Source: Desulfobulbus propionicus DSM 2032
GTDB taxonomy: Bacteria; Desulfobacterota; Desulfobulbia; Desulfobulbales; Desulfobulbaceae
Length of the DNA: 32,000 nt
Direction of reading: 5' to 3'
Assembly (NCBI RefSeq): GCF_000186885.1
Contig: NC_014972.1
Span: forward strand, 120,001-152,000
Part shown: positions 20,807 through 27,897 of the stretch, piece by piece
How positions within the stretch are numbered: position 1 is the first letter of the stretch
How the letters are laid out: every line of letters begins with the position of its first letter
Position numbers and translations under genes: made by a program
The notes under the pieces: model-generated
Database searches by the model: none
What the model saw: the letters and a program-made list of their open reading frames with translations, nothing else
What the model was told of the DNA's origin: nothing

Positions 20807-21469
20807 ATGGCACCACTGCAGGAACAGATCCAGGCCATCAACCAGCGCTTGCGCGCCTTCGGCATCGAGGCGGTCCAGGAGATCCGCATGACTGACCGGG
20901 ACGGCAAGACCATCGGTCAGGTCAAGTACGGCTACCGGCCGCAGTACGTCTTTGACAGCGTCAACGAAGTACTTGGTCCGGAGAACTGGCGCTACGAACT
21001 GACCCGCGAGGAGATCTTCGAGAACCAGGCGGTCGCCGAGGTCCGGCTTTTTGTCCGGGTTGACGGTGACTGGCTGTGCAAGGGCTCGCACAAGGGCCAG
21101 ATGCAGATCGTCAAAGGCAATGTCGGCGACGCCCAGAAAGGGGCGATCACCGATGCCATCCAGAAGTGCATGTCGCTGTTGTCCATCGGCAGCGATGCCT
21201 ACAAGGGCCTGCTGAAGCACGTCTTCCAACCGTCTAACAAAACGCCATCGACCCCACCCCCACCACCAACCAACCAACTTGCAGGCCCACCGCCTGTTGG
21301 CTCCGATCCCACCGTTGACCTGCCCAAGATCGCCGGCGTCACCTTCGAACACCGTCAGGGCGTGATTCTCGCCATGGGCGAGCACCTCTATGACAAGAAG
21401 GAGCTGCTCAAGGCCGCGGGCTTTCAATGGGACAAGACCGGCAAGGCCTGGCTGAAAAAAGCTGCCTGA
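20807..21469 (+). CDS. Rad52/Rad22-family single-strand annealing protein
   Basis: YGYRPQYVFDSVNEVLGPENWRYEL...EVRLFVRVDGDWLCKGSHKG...GDAQKGAITDAIQKCMSLLSIGSDAYKG matches the Rad52-like SSAP pattern. Proline linker precedes a small C-terminal module. AGGAGG upstream of ATG 20807. Confidence 0.75.
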   Translation: MAPLQEQIQAINQRLRAFGIEAVQEIRMTDRDGKTIGQVKYGYRPQYVFDSVNEVLGPENWRYELTREEIFENQAVAEVRLFVRVDGDWLCKGSHKGQMQIVKGNVGDAQKGAITDAIQKCMSLLSIGSDAYKGLLKHVFQPSNKTPSTPPPPPTNQLAGPPPVGSDPTVDLPKIAGVTFEHRQGVILAMGEHLYDKKELLKAAGFQWDKTGKAWLKKAA

Positions 21470-21519
21470 TCACCCAACCCAACCCCGGAGGGAGTGAGAC
21501 CATTCCCTCGGCGGGAACC

Positions 21520-21556
21520 GGTGTCTCCTCCCTCATCCATTTAGGAGGAGACCACC
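21520..21556 (+). promoter_or_regulatory. hairpin sequestering the Shine-Dalgarno of the nuclease gene
   Basis: GGTGTCTCCTCC pairs with GGAGGAGACCACC (one bulge); 9-bp perfect core GTCTCCTCC 21523-21531 / GGAGGAGAC 21544-21552. The 3' arm contains AGGAGG and abuts ATG 21557. Confidence 0.6.
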
Positions 21557-22528
21557 ATGTCGGACCAGATGCTCACCACCCTGCAAGCCGCCCTGCAGCA
21601 GCTTGCCAGCCAGCAGACCGCAGCCACGCTCGGCGACCGCAGCACCTATCTCGGTGCCTCGGACATCGGCGCCTGCCCGCGCAAAACCATTCTCGCTAAA
21701 CGCAACGCCCCGGAGGCGGACCTGATCACCCTGTTGCGCCACCGCCGCGGCCACATGGCCGAGGAGATCGTGGCTGCCGCCTTCGCAGTCGCCGGGTTCA
21801 CCAACTTCCAGCGCCAGGTCGAGGTGCGCCACACCGGCGACATCCCGGTCATGGCCCACCTGGATTTTGTGTTCGTCTCGGAGGCCCGCAAGACCATGGC
21901 CGTGCTCGAGGTGAAATCGCCGGAGAACATCCCCACCGACCCCTACGGCGCCTGGGAGACCCAGCTGTACCTGCAAATGGGACTCCTGGCCGAGAACTGT
22001 CCGGACTACACCGTGGAAAAGGGCGCCATCCTGGCGGTCAACTTCGGTGCCCAGGGCATGCGCCTGTTCAACGGCTACACGCCCCAGGCCACCATCTACC
22101 AGGGGCTGATCGACCGGGCCGGTTCCATCTGGGACCAGTACCAGCGCTACAGCGCCGGCGACCTGGCCTTCCCGGGCATGGAAGCCGGCCCGCTCTGCGG
22201 CTACTGCCCCTTTCTTCTGGACTGTCCCAAGTTCGCGGCGGAAGAGGTGCAGGAACTGAACGAGAACGTCGAGATCCTTATCGAACTGCAGCACCAGCAG
22301 CGGGACCTGGAGGCCGAGATCGGCCTGCGCAAGACCGACCTGCTGGCCATCGTCAGCCAACGCGGCCCGCTCAAGGCCCACGGCCAATTGCTCCGCCAGG
22401 CGGTGCGCACCCGCAAGGTGCTCGACACCGACCGGCTCGGACAGTTCCTCCAGGGCTACGGCCAGTCGCTCGCTGATTTCCAGAAGAGCAGCACCTACTC
22501 CTTCCTGGAGATTCGCAAGGCCGCCTGA
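21557..22528 (+). CDS. PD-(D/E)XK exonuclease (YqaJ/RecB-like)
   Basis: LGASDIGACPRKTILAKR, GHMAEEIVAAAF, then MAHLDFVFVS...MAVLEVKSPENI...AWETQLYLQMGLL (D...ExK...Q motifs) and a C-terminal CGYCPFLLDCPKF cysteine cluster. Confidence 0.8.
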   Translation: MSDQMLTTLQAALQQLASQQTAATLGDRSTYLGASDIGACPRKTILAKRNAPEADLITLLRHRRGHMAEEIVAAAFAVAGFTNFQRQVEVRHTGDIPVMAHLDFVFVSEARKTMAVLEVKSPENIPTDPYGAWETQLYLQMGLLAENCPDYTVEKGAILAVNFGAQGMRLFNGYTPQATIYQGLIDRAGSIWDQYQRYSAGDLAFPGMEAGPLCGYCPFLLDCPKFAAEEVQELNENVEILIELQHQQRDLEAEIGLRKTDLLAIVSQRGPLKAHGQLLRQAVRTRKVLDTDRLGQFLQGYGQSLADFQKSSTYSFLEIRKAA

Positions 22529-22623
22529 GCCGGCCGGATCGCAACACCCCAACCCATCATCGGGGAGCCAACCTTTCCCCGTGGCGGGGAGGGGTTGGTC
22601 CCTGTTGCTCAAGGAGAACCACC

Positions 22624-23016
22624 ATGTTGAACAAGACCATGCTGATCGGCAACCTCGGCGCGGACGTGGACATCCGCTACACCAAGAACCAGGTGGCCGT
22701 GGCCACCTTCCGGGTAGCCACCACCGAACGGTGGCGGGATGCCCAGGGCAACCCCCAGGAAGCCACCGAGTGGCACCGCATCGTGGCCTTTGCCAAGCTC
22801 GCCGAGATCTGCGGCGCCTACTTGGCCAAGGGCGCGCGGGTGTACATCGAAGGCCGCCTGCAGACCCGCAAGTGGCAGGACACGGACGGTGGCAACCGCT
22901 TCACCACGGAGATCATCGCCCGCGAGATGAAGATGCTCGGCGGCGGTGACCGCAACGCCCCGCCGGCACCGCCGGAGGAGCAGGAACCGCCCGTGAGTGA
23001 CGAGGTCCCGTTCTGA
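22624..23016 (+). CDS. ssb: single-stranded DNA-binding protein
   Basis: MLNKTMLIGNLGADVDIRYTKNQVAVATFRVATTERWRD...EWHRIVAFAKLAEICGAYLAKGARVYIEGRLQTRKWQD; acidic tail ends SDEVPF. Confidence 0.97.
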   Translation: MLNKTMLIGNLGADVDIRYTKNQVAVATFRVATTERWRDAQGNPQEATEWHRIVAFAKLAEICGAYLAKGARVYIEGRLQTRKWQDTDGGNRFTTEIIAREMKMLGGGDRNAPPAPPEEQEPPVSDEVPF

Positions 23017-23112
23017 TCGGTCCCTTGCCCTGAGCCTGGACCCCGCAGCCGCGGGGTTCGGGCTTGCCGGGCACAGGTGGCCGTCAGGCCCCCCCAACCA
23101 GGAGAACCGTGT

Positions 23113-23319
23113 ATGACCCAAATAACCGCACCCGCCCGGCAGGCCGCTCGCAGCAGCCTGAGCCCGGGTGATTCCCCGCGCACGCTTGAAACCATGATCC
23201 TCGATCTGCTCACCGATACCCTGCACCTGGCCCGGATCGAGGGGCTGGATGCCTGCCAGCTCGGCTCTGCCGCGATGGCCCGCTTCCTGGTCGAGATCAA
23301 GCACTCACGCAGCCACTGA
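23113..23319 (+). CDS. small uncharacterised protein (68 aa)
   Basis: ORF in operon context with AGGAG upstream of ATG 23113; no recognised family. Confidence 0.5.
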   Translation: MTQITAPARQAARSSLSPGDSPRTLETMILDLLTDTLHLARIEGLDACQLGSAAMARFLVEIKHSRSH

Positions 23320-23443
23320 CACTGCGGCCACTGCTCTCGGCCCACGGTCACGGTCATCGACCTGGCCGGGGCCGGGATGCTGAACATCCGCCAGATCGTT
23401 TCCCACCACCAACCACCCATCCGGGGGAGTCTGCCCCCATGGG

Positions 23444-23474
23444 GATGTCTCCCCCTTTTTCAAGGAGAGACATC
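23444..23474 (+). promoter_or_regulatory. hairpin sequestering the Shine-Dalgarno of the downstream gene
   Basis: GATGTCTCCCC (23444-23454) pairs 10/11 with GGAGAGACATC (23464-23474), directly abutting ATG 23475. The 3' arm is the AAGGAG ribosome-binding region. Confidence 0.6.
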
Positions 23475-24041
23475 ATGCCCGACTATCTCACCGTTCGCAG
23501 CCACGGCGTCGTCACCTACTGCGATGGCCTCATCGCCCGCATTCAGGCGGATCAGGCCGAGGCCTATCTGCTCAGCCTGGTTGGCAGCCCGGAGCATATC
23601 CAGGCCACCTCGACCCATTTCACCATGGGCGGCGCCTGCCATATCACCGGCATCGAGTCCGTACCGCTCGAGTTGGGCCGTGCCCCTGGCCCCCTCCGCT
23701 CCATCCGCGCACGCAGGATCGGCGACGTGGTCACCAGGGTGATTATCAGCGCCGATCAGTTCGCCCGCACCGCCCTGCAGACCGAAACCGTCTGTTCCGC
23801 CATTGTCTTTGGCATGGACCTGGCCGCGGTCCGGCAGCAGGCCTGGCACCGCCTGGCCAACAGCACCACCGTGGCGCTGCTACCCGAGTGGCGCGACTGG
23901 TTGTGGGACGAAGTCCTGCAGCCGGAGCGGCTCTATTCCTTTGGCAACCCGCAACGGCGGCAGGCCTGGAGGATCAGCTGGCAGGAGGAGGAGTTGGCCG
24001 AACGGGTCCGGGCCGGCGTCCGGGAGCAGGTTCTCGGCTGA
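23475..24041 (+). CDS. uncharacterised protein (188 aa) of the mobile-element-like module
   Basis: Good SD (AAGGAG), co-directional in a packed operon; no family recognised. Confidence 0.65.
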   Translation: MPDYLTVRSHGVVTYCDGLIARIQADQAEAYLLSLVGSPEHIQATSTHFTMGGACHITGIESVPLELGRAPGPLRSIRARRIGDVVTRVIISADQFARTALQTETVCSAIVFGMDLAAVRQQAWHRLANSTTVALLPEWRDWLWDEVLQPERLYSFGNPQRRQAWRISWQEEELAERVRAGVREQVLG

Positions 24042-24142
24042 CCGAACCGCAGACCAATCCGAACAGGGGAAGGCAGGCCTGCCCCTGAAAGACAAGGTTG
24101 CGGCGCAGGACCACGGCCGCAATTCAAGCGAAAAAAATCCCT

Positions 24143-24181
24143 GACGGGGCACACGGCCCCGATGGGCTGTTGTGCCCCGTC
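24143..24181 (+). promoter_or_regulatory. strong hairpin in the radC-like leader
   Basis: GACGGGGCACA (24143-24153) pairs perfectly with TGTGCCCCGTC (24171-24181), 16 nt upstream of ATG 24197. No U-tract, so not a standard terminator. Confidence 0.6.
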
Positions 24182-24196
24182 CCCAGGAGGCACGAC

Positions 24197-24676
24197 ATGC
24201 TCTACAGCAGAGACACCAGCGGGTGCTACCAGCCCGCATCCAGGGACACCATCCTTGCCGCGGCCCGCAGGCTGAGCAGTTGTCAGCTCCGGCGCGGGGC
24301 GGCCATCACCTCACCCCTTGCCGCCAGGGAGGCCATCGGCCTCAAACTGGCCGGACTGGAACACGAATCGTTCGCCTGTCTGTTCCTCGACGGCCGCCAC
24401 CAGGTGCTCGCCTGGCGGGAGCTGTTCCACGGCTCGGTCAACCGGACCACGGTCCACCCGCGCGAGATCGTCAAGGAGGCGCTGCGGCTGAACGCCGCGG
24501 CGGTCATCCTGGCGCACAACCACCCCTCGGGCAGCACCCTGCCGAGCAGTGAGGACATCGAACTGACCAAGGCGCTCACCGAGATCCTGGCGATCATCGA
24601 TGTGCGCGTGCTCGATCACCTGATCGTGGGCGAAGAGATCGTCGCCCTGACCGAAACCGGCCACCATCAACCATGA
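24197..24676 (+). CDS. RadC-like JAB-domain protein
   Basis: Terminal region VHPREIVKEALRLNAAAVILAHNHPSGSTLPSSEDIELTKALTEILAIIDVRVLDHLIVG: HxHPSG motif and following D as in RadC/JAB proteins. Confidence 0.92.
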   Translation: MLYSRDTSGCYQPASRDTILAAARRLSSCQLRRGAAITSPLAAREAIGLKLAGLEHESFACLFLDGRHQVLAWRELFHGSVNRTTVHPREIVKEALRLNAAAVILAHNHPSGSTLPSSEDIELTKALTEILAIIDVRVLDHLIVGEEIVALTETGHHQP

Positions 24677-24678
24677 AA

Positions 24679-24731
24679 CCCGTTGGGGACAGATGCCCCG
24701 ACGGGCTCGTCCCCGGCAATCAAGGAGCGAG
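24679..24731 (+). promoter_or_regulatory. two abutting hairpins in the leader of the ArdC-like gene; the second covers the Shine-Dalgarno
   Basis: CCCGTTGGGG 24679-24688 / CCCCGACGGG 24696-24705 (one G-U pair), immediately followed by CTCGTCC 24706-24712 / GGAGCGAG 24724-24731 (one bulge), which contains the GGAG of the RBS. Confidence 0.5.
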
Positions 24732-24734
24732 ATC

Positions 24735-25655
24735 ATGCAACCTGTCAAACCATCCATCTACGAGCAAATCACCGGCAAGATCGTCACCGCCCTGGAGAAC
24801 GGCGTCAACCCCTGGGCCAAACCCTGGCACACGGTCAGCTACGGACCGTTTCGTAATGCGCTCACCAACCGCCCGTACCGGGGCATGAACGTGCTCCTGC
24901 TCAACCTGGTGGCGCTGTCGCGGGGGCATGTCGACCCGCGCTGGCTCACCTTTCGCAATGCCGAGCAGTTGGGCGGCCATGTGCGCAAGGGCGAGAAAGG
25001 TGCGGCCATCGTCTTCTGGAAGTTCCTGCCCGCCCGGGACCGGGATGGCGAGACCGAACCGGACGCGGCCAACGATGACGAACCGGAGCGGAAACAGGTC
25101 CCCTTTGCCCGCAGCTACACGGTGTTCAACGTGGAGCAGTGCGAGGGGCTGAAGCTGCCACCGCTGGACGCGGAGGAAATGCAAGGCAGGAGAGAGGACA
25201 ATGAACCGGCGGAGCGGGTGCTGGCCCTGGCGCAGCTGCAGCATGGCGGCAACAAGGCCTGTTACCTGCCCACGCCGGACCTGGTGCTCCTGCCGAACCG
25301 ATCCGCGTTCGAGAACTGCGACTTCTACTACGCCACCGGCTTCCACGAGATCTGCCACTGGACCGGGCACGCGACCCGGCTGAACCGGGTGTTCGGCAGC
25401 CGCTTCGGTGACCTCGGCTATGCCTTCGAGGAACTGGTGGCCGAGATCGGCGCCGCCTTCCTCGGCGCACAGACCGGTATCCCGTTTGAGAACATGCGCC
25501 ATCCGGAGTACATCCACCACTGGCTGCAGATCCTCAAGGGCGACAGCAAGGCTATCTTCACCGCCGCGGCCAAGGCCCAGCACGCCGTCGACTTTGTCCT
25601 CGACCAGGCCGGGATCGTCCCTGCCGAGGAAGAGACGCTGCCGGCGGCCGCTTGA
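24735..25655 (+). CDS. ArdC-like protein (DUF1738 N-terminal ssDNA-binding domain plus zincin-like metallopeptidase)
   Basis: IYEQITGKIVTALENGVNPWAKPW...NRPYRGMNVLLL, FRNAEQLGGHVRKGEKGAAIVFWK, then metallopeptidase helix GFHEICHWTGHATRL...YAFEELVAEIGAAFL. Confidence 0.9.
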   Translation: MQPVKPSIYEQITGKIVTALENGVNPWAKPWHTVSYGPFRNALTNRPYRGMNVLLLNLVALSRGHVDPRWLTFRNAEQLGGHVRKGEKGAAIVFWKFLPARDRDGETEPDAANDDEPERKQVPFARSYTVFNVEQCEGLKLPPLDAEEMQGRREDNEPAERVLALAQLQHGGNKACYLPTPDLVLLPNRSAFENCDFYYATGFHEICHWTGHATRLNRVFGSRFGDLGYAFEELVAEIGAAFLGAQTGIPFENMRHPEYIHHWLQILKGDSKAIFTAAAKAQHAVDFVLDQAGIVPAEEETLPAAA

Positions 25656-26166
25656 ATACCGAAAGAAAACCCGTAACAAAAACGGCTGCTCCGACCATGA
25701 CGGTCGGGCAGCCGTTTTTTGTTGCGGCTTGATGGGGAAAGAAGGACAAGAAGCAGAGTCTTCGGTCAGAAGCGAAGAAACCTGTAAGTTCGTTTTCAAA
25801 TGCTTTTGCACTTAACGGGTCATTGTTTACTTCGTAAGGCAACTGCATCCAAGGTTGCCTTTCACCAATTGTTCTATCATTCAGGCCGTTTTCAGATACA
25901 CATAACCTATATTCGGCGTATAATGATTTTCGCTTTCCAAAAAATGGAATCATCCCGATCGCCAATGTAGCTGGTGTAATTACCATTTTATCATGCGGGT
26001 TATCAACTGACTTAGCCCCATATTGATCTATAGTCCCAGTGGAATTCATTGACAGAATAACGGATTTAAAGCGAAGCTCAATTGGAGGAACATTGACCCC
26101 CCAAGAGTCCATGATAAAACTGTCTTCTTCCACGTTTAATACAACCGGAAGCAGGCAAAATGTCAT
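25558..26166 (-). pseudogene. probable fragment of an uncharacterised ORF running through the terminator
   Basis: 202-aa ORF, lower GC than its neighbours, no convincing SD. Its frame is open upstream of the first ATG, and its C-terminal part reads through the terminator and antisense to the ArdC-like gene, so the end is unlikely to be native. Confidence 0.35.
25678..25720. terminator. strong, probably bidirectional intrinsic terminator
   Basis: aaaaaCGGCTGCtCCGACC-ATGAC-GGTCGGGCAGCCGtttttt: 13-bp GC-rich stem with one bulge flanked by A and T tracts, 22 bp after the ArdC-like stop codon. Confidence 0.9.
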
Positions 26167-26498
26167 TACGTGCGGATGATCTAATTTTCCAATATGTTTG
26201 CAGCTTCACATAGTAGTTCAGGATTAGCAGCGCCAGTTTTGTATAAATAATCCAGAGCAGACCGGTTTTGTCCTCCAGAGGTAGGGTTTATCAATTCTAT
26301 TTATTATTTAGTCCACATCATTTTTCAATTACGATAAAATTTTTAATTTGACGTATTGCGAAGTCTTTTTTTCAAGTCTATGAGGATATAGGGATGGACG
26401 GTTTCTAAATTAATGTGAACTGGAGTTATATGAACTTTCACCATGAACTAAAATAGATTTGCCCACTATTTCACAATTTTTTATTTATAATAGGTGTC

Positions 26499-27647
26499 TT
26501 ACAGGCCATCTGTAAGATTATGTAGAATATTCCTTGCATTAAGCAGAACATCATCATATGTCATAATGTTTATGCGAGGGTATAAGTTATCATTAAATGA
26601 TTTAAGAACTCTCAGCTGTGTACTATTCATTCCAGCCTTTCGCCCAATGACCACTACACCCTTTGGCGTGTGAATTCCAGGAAATCCGTGAGATTGAGCA
26701 TAGGCAATATTGTCTTCTATCCACACAAACCAATTCAGAATTTGCCCAATTGCATGTGACAATGCACCTGATGGATGAGGGTATCCTGTACATGGTTGGT
26801 CCTGTGGTTTTTCTATTTCAACGAAAATATACTCGTCATCAAGGCGTCGTATAACAAAGTCTGTTTTCCACTCTGCCCCAAGATATTGACGATCTACTAT
26901 TGAAGAAGCAAGTGGGTCAATTAATGCTGGGTTTTTTTCAAAAAACTGCTGACACTCACTCTCTGGCCTGTTTTTTGCTATCAAACTTTCAAGCTCGTCA
27001 CATATCGGTTCACTAATTCTTAGCGTCCCTCTGGAAATGGCCTTAAGCACTATATCAATGCCTGATGGACCATCATCGCCCCTTTTAGCCATTTTTGAAC
27101 TCATAAAAATGGCAACAAGTTTATGCCGTTGCTCTGGATCTGAAAGAAATGCATGCACAATACTTGTCAGTGCACTTTCCGCATAAGCAGGAAGGTGCTG
27201 CTGGGTACTTAAACTGGTAACGCTATTTTGAAGGTTCTCATATGCATCATCTTCGAGGTAAGCTTGAGTGAATCTAAGTATTCCGCAAATTTCATTCCAT
27301 CGGGACAATGCCACCGATATCAAGATGTGCGGGACCCAGTACTCTCCCTCTAGTCCCAATTCCAGCAGTTCTCGAATGCCAGTCTCCCCATATATGACAA
27401 GCGAATAGATGCTTGGCATTTCAAGATAAAAATCATCATAAATACCAGAGGGAGCTCGGCGAGCGAGGTCTACATGTTCCAGGATTCGCTTCGGTGATGG
27501 ATTTGTCAATACATCGGCAAGATCCAAGACAAACTGGCGCTCCTTTTCTTTCCACTTGCTGAGATCAAGTTTTTCTATTCTGTCTTCTGGGTTTTTCTCG
27601 GATTCGGAAGTTTTTTTTGTAATATTCCCAGCATGGTCTGTCGGCAA
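26499..27647 (-). CDS. DUF4263 / Shedu-like (PD-(D/E)XK-type nuclease) protein
   Basis: C-terminal region SECQQFFEKNPALI...GAEWKTDFVIRRLDDEYIFVEIEKPQ...LSHAIGQILNWFVWIEDN...PKGVVVIGRKAGMNSTQLRVLKSFNDNLYPRINIMTYDDVLLNAR. TTG start at 27647 preceded by GGAGG. Confidence 0.8.
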   Translation of the reverse strand: MPTDHAGNITKKTSESEKNPEDRIEKLDLSKWKEKERQFVLDLADVLTNPSPKRILEHVDLARRAPSGIYDDFYLEMPSIYSLVIYGETGIRELLELGLEGEYWVPHILISVALSRWNEICGILRFTQAYLEDDAYENLQNSVTSLSTQQHLPAYAESALTSIVHAFLSDPEQRHKLVAIFMSSKMAKRGDDGPSGIDIVLKAISRGTLRISEPICDELESLIAKNRPESECQQFFEKNPALIDPLASSIVDRQYLGAEWKTDFVIRRLDDEYIFVEIEKPQDQPCTGYPHPSGALSHAIGQILNWFVWIEDNIAYAQSHGFPGIHTPKGVVVIGRKAGMNSTQLRVLKSFNDNLYPRINIMTYDDVLLNARNILHNLTDGL

Positions 27648-27705
27648 GGTTTCCTCCTATATCTTTACAAAACCGCGCTCTGTAGCAATTACGGGAGTCC
27701 GGTAG

Positions 27706-27730
27706 GTTGGGGTGAGAAACGAACCCCAAC
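27706..27730. repeat. perfect 8-bp hairpin, REP-like sequence between the HerA and DUF4263 genes
   Basis: GTTGGGGT (27706-27713), loop GAGAAACGA, ACCCCAAC (27723-27730), in context GTAGGTTGGGG... Confidence 0.6.
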
Positions 27731-27897
27731 AGCATCGTTCTGTCTCGCCATAGCCTTTTTTCACTTTTGTCGATTTTGACTCCTGACGATTGAACTCACT
27801 GATTTTTACGGAGCGCAGCGGGGCAAATATCCAGTGCAGCGATTTTTTCGGCCCTTCTCTGATTCCCACAACTCGAAGGCCAATCAGACCAAAGCTT

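Noticed and set aside
21533-22612. 359-aa minus-strand ORF
   Set aside because: Antisense of the YqaJ/RecB-like nuclease gene in GC-rich DNA. The plus strand has an SD and catalytic motifs.
22609-23304. 231-aa minus-strand ORF
   Set aside because: Antisense to the clearly recognisable ssb gene; low-complexity, composition-driven ORF.
24720-25811. 363-aa minus-strand ORF
   Set aside because: Antisense to the ArdC-like gene and crosses the strong terminator; no motifs.
26498-26516. CTTACAG-gccat-CTGTAAG hairpin overlapping the DUF4263 stop codon, considered as a terminator
   Set aside because: Only 7 bp, AT-containing, and not followed by a U-tract on the minus strand.
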